Assembly: GCA_963788655.1 (NCBI GenBank)
Contig: CAWBHS010000049.1
Coordinates: 160,001 to 224,000 of the forward strand
Direction: 5' to 3'
DNA from: an uncultured Verrucomicrobiae bacterium
Lineage (GTDB): Bacteria; Verrucomicrobiota; Verrucomicrobiia; Limisphaerales; JAFGQR01
Length of the DNA: 64,000 bases
The notes below the pieces were generated by a model. The model ran no database searches. It saw only the letters and a program-made list of their open reading frames with translations, and was not told the DNA's origin. This document shows positions 10,325-19,782 of this stretch, one piece after another. How positions within the stretch are numbered: the stretch's first letter is position 1; each line of letters opens with the position of its first letter. The translations under genes and the position numbers were made by a program.

Positions 10325-11476
10325 TTACCGATTAAACGACTTCGTCATGTCTTCGGTCGCCGCCTCGACGACTTTCTTTTCGAACTTCGATTCGGCAATC
10401 AACTGGTTGAGTTTCTTCTCGTAAGCCGCGCCGTCCAACGGCAGATCGATGGGCCGGCCTTCCAGCGAGGAAAACAATATCGCGTTGGCCAGTTCAACGG
10501 ACTGAAGTCCTTCCGTTGCCGGCGCAATGAGCGGTGTGCCGTCCAGGATTGCGTCCACGAAGTTTTGGGTGAGTTCGATGTGCTGGCCGCCGGTATTCTC
10601 GAAAGGCACCGCCACGTTCCACACGTCCGGCTTGGCAAAGCCGCTTTTCGCCGTCTGACCGAACTGGAACATTGAGACTTCGTTGCGGGTGAAGGTGATC
10701 TGGTTGTTCTCCAAAACGACTTTGCCGCGTTCCCCGCAAATCTCGAGCCGGTTGGTGCCGGGAGCTTCGCCGGTCGAAGTGATGAACACGCCCGTGGCCC
10801 GGTTCGGCCATTCGAGGAAGGCGGTCACGTTGTCTTCCACTTCGATGTTGTGGTACCGGCCCAGTTGGCAGAAACCATTCACCCGGCTGGGGGCGCCGCA
10901 GAGCCAGATCAGCATGTCGAGATTGTGCGGGCACTGGTTGAGCAGCACGCCGCCGCCTTCGCCCTTCCACGTGGCGCGCCAGCCGCCGCTCGCGTAATAA
11001 ATTTCCGTGCGATACCAATCGGTGATGATCCAATTGGCGCGCACCAGCGTGCCCAGTTCGCCGGTTTGAATCAGGCTCTTGAGCTTTTTGTAGCGCGGGT
11101 CCGTGCGCATCTGCAGCATCGCGGCAAAGATTTGCTTGGGATCTTTGTGGGCGGCTAGCAAGCGTTCGCAGTCCGCGCGGTGAACGGAAATGGGCTTCTC
11201 CACCAACACGTGCAGCCCCTGGCCCAGCGCGTCAATGCCGAGACTGGTGTGAAAGTAATGCGGCGTGGCGATGATGACGGCATCTACCAACCCGGAGCGG
11301 ATCAAGTCTTCGCTTTGGGTGAAGGTCTTGAGTTGTTTATATCGTTCCAGGTTGGCCGGAATGGCGTCACTGACCGCCTTCACCTCAGCCCGGTCGATCT
11401 TACCGTTCAGCAGGTAATCCGCGTGAAATCGCCCGATGTTGCCCAGCCCGATAATTCCCAAACGCACTTTGCTCAT
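10325..11476 (-). CDS. Gfo/Idh/MocA oxidoreductase
   Basis: GIIGLGNIG; IATPHYFH; LVEKP; GGGVLLNQCPHNLD. Confidence 0.95.
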   Translation of the reverse strand: MSKVRLGIIGLGNIGRFHADYLLNGKIDRAEVKAVSDAIPANLERYKQLKTFTQSEDLIRSGLVDAVIIATPHYFHTSLGIDALGQGLHVLVEKPISVHRADCERLLAAHKDPKQIFAAMLQMRTDPRYKKLKSLIQTGELGTLVRANWIITDWYRTEIYYASGGWRATWKGEGGGVLLNQCPHNLDMLIWLCGAPSRVNGFCQLGRYHNIEVEDNVTAFLEWPNRATGVFITSTGEAPGTNRLEICGERGKVVLENNQITFTRNEVSMFQFGQTAKSGFAKPDVWNVAVPFENTGGQHIELTQNFVDAILDGTPLIAPATEGLQSVELANAILFSSLEGRPIDLPLDGAAYEKKLNQLIAESKFEKKVVEAATEDMTKSFNR

Positions 11477-11580
11477 GGTTGCTCGTTGAATCGAAAATAA
11501 TTGTCTGCAATGGCGAAAGTATCCAACGACGACAAAATTCGGCGCAAGCTATTTCTAGTTGCCGCCTCGATTCAACGAGC

Positions 11581-11668
11581 GGTACGGCACGCCGTCCTCT
11601 GAGCGCGGCGAAGGTGCAACCCCGCGTCGTGGTAACCGACTGGCGCGCACGGAGTGACGCGCCCTGCC
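11581..11668. repeat. Degenerate REP-like doublet
   Basis: Right arm GGCGCGCACGGAGTGACGCGCCCTGCC (11642-11668); decayed inverted left arm from 11581. Confidence 0.5.
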
Positions 11669-11692
11669 GTTCCGCCACAGGCCGGATACGAC

Positions 11693-12091
11693 TTAGCCGA
11701 AGTCTCGGTGATGCGGATCGCGCAAATCGGGACTGATGATTGGGATCTCCCGATCAAACGTTCGGGCGATGACCGCCACTTGGGGAATGTATCGCAGATA
11801 CGATGGCGTTGGCGGTCGCGGTTCAAAATAAGCCACCGGCGTCGCATTGTTCGGAAACGTGTTCAAAAATTGGCTGATTACCTGTGCCGGCAAACTTTTC
11901 GCCGCGTCGTGCCAGCGGTTGATGACCACCAGACTGTCGATCGTGTTGACCCGGTCGATTCTCGCCAGGTTCTGGACTGGATAATGCCAGGTCGTATCAA
12001 ATTGTTGGGTGAATTGTCTAATCGATGCTCCGGAGGCCGTCGCCGTCGCGAGTGCAAGGATCGACCCCATGAGCAGTGTCAATGTTTTCAT
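11693..12091 (-). CDS. Small secreted hypothetical protein
   Basis: Signal MKTLTLLMGSILALATATASG; SD GAAGGAG upstream. Confidence 0.65.
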   Translation of the reverse strand: MKTLTLLMGSILALATATASGASIRQFTQQFDTTWHYPVQNLARIDRVNTIDSLVVINRWHDAAKSLPAQVISQFLNTFPNNATPVAYFEPRPPTPSYLRYIPQVAVIARTFDREIPIISPDLRDPHHRDFG

Positions 12092-12257
12092 AACGTAGCT
12101 CCTTCACATAAATGTTTTTGGTTCACGGCAGGGCGAAAGCTGCTGGTGCCTTGAGGCGCAGTGCCAGTACCTTCGCCGGCTTGGCCGTCAATCCGTGGCT
12201 CGACATCCTCCAGTGCCGGCTGGCCATTTCCTGCCGGTCAACGAGGAGGCGGGCCCT

Positions 12258-12620
12258 TCAATTCGAGGCCAGCCAGTAACGGGCTTCATTGGCGGCTTCA
12301 TGGTCGAAGTAGCGGATTTTCGCGCGAGTGAACGGCCGGCATGCGCCCGCCATCCATTTCTGCCACCGCTTTTCACCGACCAAGGCCAGTCGCTCGATGT
12401 CCGCAAAGTGCCGCAGGTCAAACTTGATGTCCTGCCACAATCCGCCGGTGTTCCACCCATGAAAGTCACGCATGTCGAACAAGATTCGGAGGCGGCCTTT
12501 GCGTTGGATGGCATGTTCCACTTCCGGTACAAACTGCCGATAATCTTCGGTCGTCAGTTTGCCGCTGGCCTGCACTTCGATGAATTTTCCGTCGTCCAGT
12601 TCTTTCAATTCAATGGCCAT
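12258..12620 (-). CDS. SpoIIAA-like (STAS/SEC14) protein
   Basis: GKLTTEDY; LRILFDMRDFHGW; DIKFDLRH; ERLALVGEKRW; SD AAAGGA before MAIELK. Confidence 0.9.
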   Translation of the reverse strand: MAIELKELDDGKFIEVQASGKLTTEDYRQFVPEVEHAIQRKGRLRILFDMRDFHGWNTGGLWQDIKFDLRHFADIERLALVGEKRWQKWMAGACRPFTRAKIRYFDHEAANEARYWLASN

Positions 12621-13027
12621 AAAATTCCTTTCTTCTTTGAAGCGATTACTGATTTGAACGCGTTGAGCAACTGGGACGACCGCGCGGCGTCCGCTCGTGT
12701 TTCCCAAGACCTCATTACCCACTTCATGCACGCGGCGCTTCCGCTGGGAAACGGCCTTCTCAGTTCGGCGTTCTCTGGTTCCAAACGCCTGCGTTAGCGT
12801 TTTCCCATTCACAACTTCAATGTGCCCCAGTCGCGTTACGTCGAACTGTCCCTTGGATTACAAAAATGTAAGGTTGGCCTCCGGGATTGTTTCGGTAATT
12901 CGCTGACGGGCAAACGCGGCAAAAATTTTCGCGTCACTTCAGGATTGGTCTTTTCGGGCTGGCCGTTCATAATGCGCCCCGCAACGCGCTCCTGATTCGG
13001 ATGGGAGCGCATTCGGAAGTTACTTGA

Positions 13028-14818
13028 ATGGAAATACAAAAATCGTCCAAGCCGGGACGCCCGATCAACGCGGTGGGGATTTCCCTGCTGTCGGTATTGA
13101 TCGGCATCGTGGCCGGAGTGGGGGCCGCGCTGTTTCGCTGGCTGATTGGACTGTTTCACAATCTCTTTTTGTTGGGTAGTTGGTCGATCGGATACGACGC
13201 CAACGCCCACACGGGTCCCAGCCCCTGGGGGGTTGGGATCATTCTGGTTCCGGTGGTGGGCGGTTTGATCGTGGTGTTTCTGGTCCGCAACTTCGCGCCG
13301 GAAGCCAAGGGACACGGCGTGCCGGAGGTGATGGACGCCATTTACTACGCCAAAGGCATCATCCGCCCGATCGTGGTGCTCATCAAGGCGCTGGCATCCG
13401 CCGTTTCCATCGGTTCGGGCGGATCGGTGGGCCGTGAAGGTCCGATCATCCAGATCGGTTCGGCGTTCGGTTCGACGGTGGGCCAACTGCTGCACCTCCC
13501 GGCCTGGCAACGAGTGACGATGATCGCCGCGGGCGCGGGCGGCGGGATCGCGGCGACATTCAATACGCCGATCGGCGGGATTTTGTTTGCCGCCGAAATC
13601 ATGTTGCACGAAGTAAGCGTGCGTACGCTCGTGCCCGTCTCGCTGGCGACCGCCACGGCCACTTATGTTGGCCGGCTGTTCTTCGGCGCGACGCCGTCGT
13701 TTGTCATTCCTGAATTTCAAAATCCTGATTTCCACATCACGCATCCGGCGGTGTTGCCCTCCTACGTGTTGATGGGCGTGTTGCTGGGATTTGCTTCCGC
13801 GCTGTTCACCAAATCAATTTACGCGTTCGAAGACTTCTTTGACGGGCACATCCGAAAGAACGCCTACTTGCGTCACGCCGCGGGCATGTTGCCGGTGGGA
13901 CTCCTGATGTATGTCATGATGGCGACGACCGGAAAATATCACGTCGCGGGCATCGGCTACGCCACCATCCAGGACATCCTGACCAACACGCTGCCCGGGT
14001 TTTATTTTCTGCTGCTGTTGTTCGCGCTCAAGCTGCTGGCAACCAGCTTGACGTTGGGCTCCGGGGGATCGGGCGGCATCTTCTCGCCGTCGCTCTTTCT
14101 GGGCGCCACGTTGGGCTGTGCATACGGGCTGCTCCTGGACAAAGTGTTCATTGATCTGCCCATCAGTCCGTCTGCCTTTGCCGTAGCGGGCATGGCGGGG
14201 ATGGTGGGCGGCGCTACCGGTGCCGCCATGACGGCCATCGTCATGATCTTCGAAATGACCCTGGACTACGGGGTCATCATCCCGATGGCAGTCACCGTGG
14301 CCGTGAGTTACGGCGTCCGCAAGGCCTTGTTGAACGAAAGCATTTACACGCTGAAACTGGTGCGCCGCGGTCATTTCATGCCGGAGGCGTTGCAGACCAA
14401 TTTCTATTACTTGCGGCTGGCTCGCGATTTGAAGGAAAAGAAGATGGTTATTGTGCCCGCCGCCATGACGTTGAAGGAGTTTGTGGGCCTGCTGCCTGAG
14501 AAAAAGCCGTTTCCCTGTTACCTGGCCGAACGGGATGGCCAGTTAGCCGGCCTGGTCAAGCCCGACGAGGCGTTGCACGCCTGCGAATTGGGGAGGGGCT
14601 CCGCACCGCTGTTGGACATTGCGACGCAGGCGTACGCCGTGGTGAACGAAAACACCACATTGTTCGAGATTATCACCAAGATGCGGCATGACCGATTGGA
14701 AGGCTTCCTGGTGTCGCCGGCCGGTTTTCCGCTGGCGGTTGGGGACGTGCAAGGTTGGATTTCCAAGGAACGCATTGCCAATGCCTCGGTGGAGTCCATC
14801 GACATGTTCGCCGACTGA
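13028..14818 (+). CDS. ClC chloride channel/H+:Cl- antiporter family protein with CBS-like C-terminus
   Basis: GHGVPEV; GREGP; FNTPIGG; GGIFSP; multiple TM segments. Confidence 0.93.
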   Translation: MEIQKSSKPGRPINAVGISLLSVLIGIVAGVGAALFRWLIGLFHNLFLLGSWSIGYDANAHTGPSPWGVGIILVPVVGGLIVVFLVRNFAPEAKGHGVPEVMDAIYYAKGIIRPIVVLIKALASAVSIGSGGSVGREGPIIQIGSAFGSTVGQLLHLPAWQRVTMIAAGAGGGIAATFNTPIGGILFAAEIMLHEVSVRTLVPVSLATATATYVGRLFFGATPSFVIPEFQNPDFHITHPAVLPSYVLMGVLLGFASALFTKSIYAFEDFFDGHIRKNAYLRHAAGMLPVGLLMYVMMATTGKYHVAGIGYATIQDILTNTLPGFYFLLLLFALKLLATSLTLGSGGSGGIFSPSLFLGATLGCAYGLLLDKVFIDLPISPSAFAVAGMAGMVGGATGAAMTAIVMIFEMTLDYGVIIPMAVTVAVSYGVRKALLNESIYTLKLVRRGHFMPEALQTNFYYLRLARDLKEKKMVIVPAAMTLKEFVGLLPEKKPFPCYLAERDGQLAGLVKPDEALHACELGRGSAPLLDIATQAYAVVNENTTLFEIITKMRHDRLEGFLVSPAGFPLAVGDVQGWISKERIANASVESIDMFAD

Positions 14819-15364
14819 GCCGGGTTCTTTCGGGTGGTGATGGGCGTGTGCCCGCCTCGGGCACTGTTTACGGACCTTGCCGTTGACCCACCACCAAACA
14901 TCAGTCAGCAGGCGAGAGTGCTATTCCAATCGCGGTCGGCGCGAGGCGCACTGAACAATCGACGAGGTGCCCGTACCCCCCGCGGCATGTTTGTAAGGGA
15001 TGATGTTCGACCTGTGATGCCGCCCGGCCATTCCAAGACGAAATGGCAACTGATTTACCAAAGGCTGATCAAGCGGTTTCCAACTTTCGCAGGTCAATCC
15101 GCCGGTGGATTCTTGCAACTCTTTGACCGTCAAGCCCGAGTCCAGATTGAGTTTGGTCGGCACGATTGAGGCTGAAAGCCAAGTGAAGATGTGCAGGAAG
15201 TTAATGCACACCGAAAGAAACCAAACCAACCATGGCATGGCGGAACGGCTGCACTGGAATCCCGCGCGAGCCGCGTCGGCTCGGGAGCATAAATGCTCCG
15301 GGAATGTCCTTTGCCCCGGCCGCAGGTGCGTGGGGGGAACAACGAATACTTGAAATTACGAATT

Positions 15365-16045
15365 ATGAAAATGATACCTCCATTTTTGAGATTGGGAGTG
15401 GTGGCTATTTGCGCCACTGGTTTGATGAGCGGCACCGCGTTGGCTGACAACTGTGGGATGTGTATGCAGCACAAAGACATGATGCACAAGCAGAGCGCCC
15501 TGCGTGACCAAGGCATCATCAACAAGATCAATGACCACGGCCAATGGCTGACCCTCCGCGACCGGGATCAGGCAGTTCTCCGGGTCAATTGGAATCAAAA
15601 CACCAAAATATTGAAACAAGGCAAACCGCTCGCGGCGAACCGTCTAAAGTCCGGCGAGTTTGTCCGGGTACGATATGAGAAACAAGGAAACCAGCTTCTG
15701 GCCCAGGAAATCCGGGCGCTTCCCCACCATCAGCAGCAGCAGGCCATGCGTCACCGACAATGGCTGCGCGAATGCGGGACTATCGAGCAGGTGAACGCCA
15801 ACGACAATACCTTCAAGGTTCTGGATCCGCACCAAGCCACGTTGGGAGTGGTCTGGAATAACCAGACCAAGTTTTTCGAGCAGGGAAAACGGATCCAAGC
15901 GAGTCAGTTGAAAGCGGGTGAACAAGTGCGGTTGACCTATGAAAAAGAGAACGGCCAACTGCTGGCCAAGGATATCTACGTGATGCCTGAGATGCACCAA
16001 AACATGGAGCGGATGTCCCAGCGCATATCGCACCGGATGTCGTAA
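15365..16045 (+). CDS. Secreted protein with two DUF5666/OB-fold-like repeats and Met/His/Cys-rich ends
   Basis: Signal peptide; two ~75-aa repeats (G.I...W...TK...G......LK.GE.VR..YEK....LLA..I); CGMCMQHKDMMH. Confidence 0.75.
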   Translation: MKMIPPFLRLGVVAICATGLMSGTALADNCGMCMQHKDMMHKQSALRDQGIINKINDHGQWLTLRDRDQAVLRVNWNQNTKILKQGKPLAANRLKSGEFVRVRYEKQGNQLLAQEIRALPHHQQQQAMRHRQWLRECGTIEQVNANDNTFKVLDPHQATLGVVWNNQTKFFEQGKRIQASQLKAGEQVRLTYEKENGQLLAKDIYVMPEMHQNMERMSQRISHRMS

Positions 16046-16235
16046 GTAGCCTCCGGCCGTTCTCATGGACGGTGAGCTGCTTGCGAAACGAGGTATACCC
16101 AACCGGGCTGACGGCGGGACTTCAAATGGAATCGGCCGCCGGTTTCCAGGTTGGCCGGGCCGTTGAAGAAATTTTTCGCCGTCAGCATCTTTTCGCATAC
16201 CAATCGCGGTAATTGTGCCACGTTGCGGCGGTAAT

Positions 16236-17393
16236 ATGCCGATCCGACGTGTCATTTTTCATCTGGACATGGATGCGTTTTACGCCTCGATCGAACAGCG
16301 CGATCATCCGGCGTTGCGCGGACAGCCGGTCATTGTCGGCGCGCCGGCCAATCAACGGGGCGTCGTGTGCGCCGCCAGTTACGAAGCCCGGAAATTTGGC
16401 GTCCACTCCGCCATGCCCAGCGCTACGGCCGGACGACTTTGCCCGAAGGGTGTTTTTGTCCGACCACGGATGGAGCATTACCAAGCGGAGTCGCGTCACC
16501 TCATGCGTCTCCTGGCGGAGAGTGGCGCGGTCATTGAACAGATGTCCATTGACGAGGCCTATTTGGATGTGTCGGCGACGGTGGCGGAAGCCGTGAGCGA
16601 TCCGATAGGGGCGGGAGCTGGCGCGGACGTGGCTGCGTTCGGAAGCGACGGGAAGCCTGTTCTACCGGTGGCCACGGACGAAGCACTGTATCGGGCGCTG
16701 CCATTGGCGCGGCAAATGAAACAGCGCATCTCCGTCGAACGTCAACTCACGGCGACGATCGGGATTGCCGCCAACAAGTTGCTGGCCAAAATTGCCAGTG
16801 ACTTTCGCAAGCCTGACGGACTGACGCTCATTCCGGAACAAGACAAGGTGCGCTTTCTTCGTCCGCTGCCGGTGCGGGCGCTTTACGGCGTGGGCAAAGT
16901 CACCGAGCAAGTGCTTCACCAGGCTGGTATCCGCACGGTGGGTGAGGTGCAAGATTATGCCGGCGACCTCCGGGCTCTAATCGGCTCGTTTGGCTCCACG
17001 CTCAAGCAGTTCGCCGTTGGCGAAGACGACCGACCGCTGGAACTGGGAGACGAAGTCAAAAGCATCAGCAACGAGGAAACCTTTTTGCGCGACACCGAAG
17101 ATCGGAAGGACCTGCGCGCCTGCCTGCGTCTGCAAGCCACGGAGCTTGCCGCCAAGCTTCAGCGCAAACGTCTCGCCGCGCACACGGTCCAGGTCAAAGT
17201 CCGTTACAGTGACTTCACCACGCTTACGCGGCAGATCACCGTCGAAGAACCGCTCGCCGAGGCGGCGGTAATCTATCGGCTTGCGTGCTTCCTGCTGGCC
17301 CGGGACAAACTGGTGACGCGGCCCTTGCGCCTGTTGGGCCTGGGGGTCAGCAACCTGAGCGAACCGCAAAGCCGGCAACTGATGCTGTTCTAA
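16236..17393 (+). CDS. dinB: DNA polymerase IV
   Basis: HLDMDAFYASIEQRD; ASYEARKFGVHSAMP; SIDEAYLD; KIASDFRKPDG; little-finger LRLLGLGVS. Confidence 0.96.
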   Translation: MPIRRVIFHLDMDAFYASIEQRDHPALRGQPVIVGAPANQRGVVCAASYEARKFGVHSAMPSATAGRLCPKGVFVRPRMEHYQAESRHLMRLLAESGAVIEQMSIDEAYLDVSATVAEAVSDPIGAGAGADVAAFGSDGKPVLPVATDEALYRALPLARQMKQRISVERQLTATIGIAANKLLAKIASDFRKPDGLTLIPEQDKVRFLRPLPVRALYGVGKVTEQVLHQAGIRTVGEVQDYAGDLRALIGSFGSTLKQFAVGEDDRPLELGDEVKSISNEETFLRDTEDRKDLRACLRLQATELAAKLQRKRLAAHTVQVKVRYSDFTTLTRQITVEEPLAEAAVIYRLACFLLARDKLVTRPLRLLGLGVSNLSEPQSRQLMLF

Positions 17394-17431
17394 GTAAGAC
17401 GTTCTTTGAGCGCGTCAAAGCGGCGACAAAA

Positions 17432-17547
17432 GTAGGACTGCCGTCCCGGCGGTTTCGAACGGCCCAAGTCGCCTCTTCTGGCAATAACCGGGCCATAAAA
17501 CTACAACCCCCATTGACCATTCGGGACGGGTCGGACGCCTGTCCTAC
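17432..17547. repeat. GTAG-type REP-like inverted doublet
   Basis: GTAGGACTGCCGTCCCG ... CGGGACGGGTCGGACGCCTGTCCTAC. Confidence 0.6.
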
Positions 17548-17686
17548 GGGTTCCAGAGGGCGTCGGGGAGGGAACCGGCAGCACGGTGCCAACCACGTTT
17601 TGCGCATTGACATATCTCATCGCCACTGTTAGCGGTTCTTCAATATTGAACGGACGAACAACGATCACAACACGGACAGGCACACC

Positions 17687-19285
17687 ATGAACCATCATCC
17701 CTTTCATCCCATCATCTATGTGCGGGGTTTTGCCGGTACTCCGGGCGAAATTGAAGACACGGTTTCCGATCCTTACATGGGCTTCAACATCGGCTCCACG
17801 AAAGCCCGCCAGATTTGGACCGGGGACATCAAGAAATTCTTTTTTGAATCCCCGATGATCCGTCTGTTTCACGATCACGATTACAACGACGTGTACGTGG
17901 ACGGAGTGGACCAGGTGATGGATCCGCAAGCCACCCATCCAGTAGGCTATCGGTCGATCGTGATCCACCGCTATTACGAGCAAGCCTCCAAAGATTTGGG
18001 CATGGGTGAATTGCCGAGCATGGAGGACTTTGCTCGCGGGCTGAGTGAACTGATTTTGAAATTACGCGACAAGGTGTGCGCCAATCCAGCCAATGAAATT
18101 ACCAAAAAGGATTTCCGGGTCTATCTCGTCGCGCATTCCATGGGCGGATTGGTTTGCCGCGCGTTCCTGCAGAACCCCAAACTCGGCCAAGCCGAAGCCC
18201 GCCGGGCCGTGGACAAAGTGTTTACCTACGCCACGCCACACAATGGAATTGATGTGCGTCTGATCGGCAACATCCCATCCTGGTTCACCAAAGGCGACGC
18301 CAACAATTTCAACCGCAACCGGATGGCCGAATACCTGGGCTTGACCAAGACCGACCGCGGCAAGACCGGCGACGTATCGCTGGTGAAAAACTTTGATCCG
18401 GAACGCTTCTTCAACCTCGTCGGTACCAATCCCATGGATTACCTGGTGATGAAGGGGCTGTCGAGCTTTGCCGCCGGCGAATCCAGCGACGGCTTGGTGC
18501 GGATTGAAAATGCCACCACGCATGGCCGAAAAGGCGGCAACGATGTACCCTCGCCCAATGCGTTCGTGTGCCGCAGTCACTCGGGTTATTTCGGCATCGT
18601 CAACTCGGAGGAAGGCTACCAAAACCTGACGCGCTTCTTCTTCGGCAACGTGCGGATTGACGGCTACCTCGACATCGACGAACTCACCCTGCCCCCCAAA
18701 GTGAAGGAGCAATATGAAAAAGGGAAGAAAGTGCGCGCGTCCTACTTGTTCGAAGTGATTGCCAGCATTCGTGGCTGCCAATGGCAGATGCACCGCCGGA
18801 CCACGGCCGAGCATTCCGCAATCTTCAAGAAGTTCGACGAACTGTTCAACAAGACGAACGGCAAACGGAAGCAGCCATTCCAGCCGGACTATTCTCAAAG
18901 CCCGCGCCTGTTCTCCGTTTTTCTGGATAACCGCAAGCGGGTGAACGCCGCGCGCCAATCGCTCGGTTTTGCCATCGATCTGAGCGTGCTGGTGCCGGAT
19001 TACGAAGTGGACGGTTTCCTGTTCCTGGACGATCATTTCGAAGGCGGCAACCTGTTTCGCGACCGCATCTACATCGAAGCCACTCCGCCCAGTCTGGACG
19101 AAGGCGAGTGGACGATCAACCATGGTTTCCAGAGCCAGACCCCCAACACGGCCCCGTTTTCCACGCCGGCGCAATCGTCCGACCACGGGCTCGTGTTTCA
19201 AATTCCCATCGAACAAGCCAATCCGCCCGGCATTCGCGCCAAACTGCGGTTTGAAGCCCAACCCTGGAACCACCCCGAAGCGTAA
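17687..19285 (+). CDS. Alpha/beta hydrolase (lipase/PGAP1-like) with extra C-terminal region
   Basis: LVAHSMGGL nucleophile elbow; ATPHNG; SDGLV; SHSG. Confidence 0.85.
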   Translation: MNHHPFHPIIYVRGFAGTPGEIEDTVSDPYMGFNIGSTKARQIWTGDIKKFFFESPMIRLFHDHDYNDVYVDGVDQVMDPQATHPVGYRSIVIHRYYEQASKDLGMGELPSMEDFARGLSELILKLRDKVCANPANEITKKDFRVYLVAHSMGGLVCRAFLQNPKLGQAEARRAVDKVFTYATPHNGIDVRLIGNIPSWFTKGDANNFNRNRMAEYLGLTKTDRGKTGDVSLVKNFDPERFFNLVGTNPMDYLVMKGLSSFAAGESSDGLVRIENATTHGRKGGNDVPSPNAFVCRSHSGYFGIVNSEEGYQNLTRFFFGNVRIDGYLDIDELTLPPKVKEQYEKGKKVRASYLFEVIASIRGCQWQMHRRTTAEHSAIFKKFDELFNKTNGKRKQPFQPDYSQSPRLFSVFLDNRKRVNAARQSLGFAIDLSVLVPDYEVDGFLFLDDHFEGGNLFRDRIYIEATPPSLDEGEWTINHGFQSQTPNTAPFSTPAQSSDHGLVFQIPIEQANPPGIRAKLRFEAQPWNHPEA

Positions 19286-19290
19286 CCGCT

Positions 19291-19702
19291 GCGTGCTGCC
19301 GGCATCTCGCTGGCGGTCCGAGCGGAAGCACGAAGTTCGAAGGTAGGAAAAAGTTCGAGCAAGCCAAACGCTCTCGTTCCTGCCGGCGGGACGCCAGCAG
19401 TTTGAAAGGGAGCATTCGAAAAATGACCAATGACCACTGTCCAATGACCAGAGAATTACCAAGGCCAGATGCCCAATTCCCGACCGACGAGCGGAGGCCG
19501 CTCCCAATGCGCCTTGGTGCTTGGGATTTGGGCCTTCCTTGGAACTTGATTCTTGGCCATTGGTCATTCCTGGCCGCTGTTCCATTCGGTTCTGCCAGCG
19601 TGCTGCCGGCATCTTGCCGGCAGTCCGAACGCAACGATGCGCTCCACCCCACCACTCGTTCGTGCGCACTAATCGCTTGTGGCATCCGGCATCCGGCATC
19701 CC
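19291..19702. repeat. Composite intergenic repeat region: REP-like palindromes plus heptamer repeats
   Basis: GCGTGCTGCCGGCATCT at 19291 and 19598; inverted partner near 19378; AATGACC/GGTCATT arms; (GGCATCC)x3 at 19681. Confidence 0.65.
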
Positions 19703-19782
19703 GCCCTCCCAAATTCCCTATTGAATCGTCTTCCCAATTGGCAGAGACTCGGGCGATCAACAAACTATTCCGGAGAAATGCT

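Noticed and set aside
12820..13027. Fluoride or c-di-GMP riboswitch before the ClC gene
   Set aside because: No crcB-motif core seen; GGGCAAAC lacks the GACGCAAA partner; the ClC has GHGVP/GREGP rather than fluoride-type GNNLI/GREGT.
14834..15353. Small overlapping ORFs and short hairpins between ClC and the secreted protein
   Set aside because: No recognisable protein or RNA family; could not support a call.
16057..16072. Possible LexA box upstream of dinB (CGTTC-N4-GGACG)
   Set aside because: Three mismatches to TGTTC-N4-GAACA and ~165 nt from the start; more likely an incidental hairpin.
19402..19782. N-terminal extensions in the ORF track (19402, also 12812, 25831, 27194)
   Set aside because: They run through repeats or neighbouring genes; downstream ATGs give proper signal peptides or SD sites.
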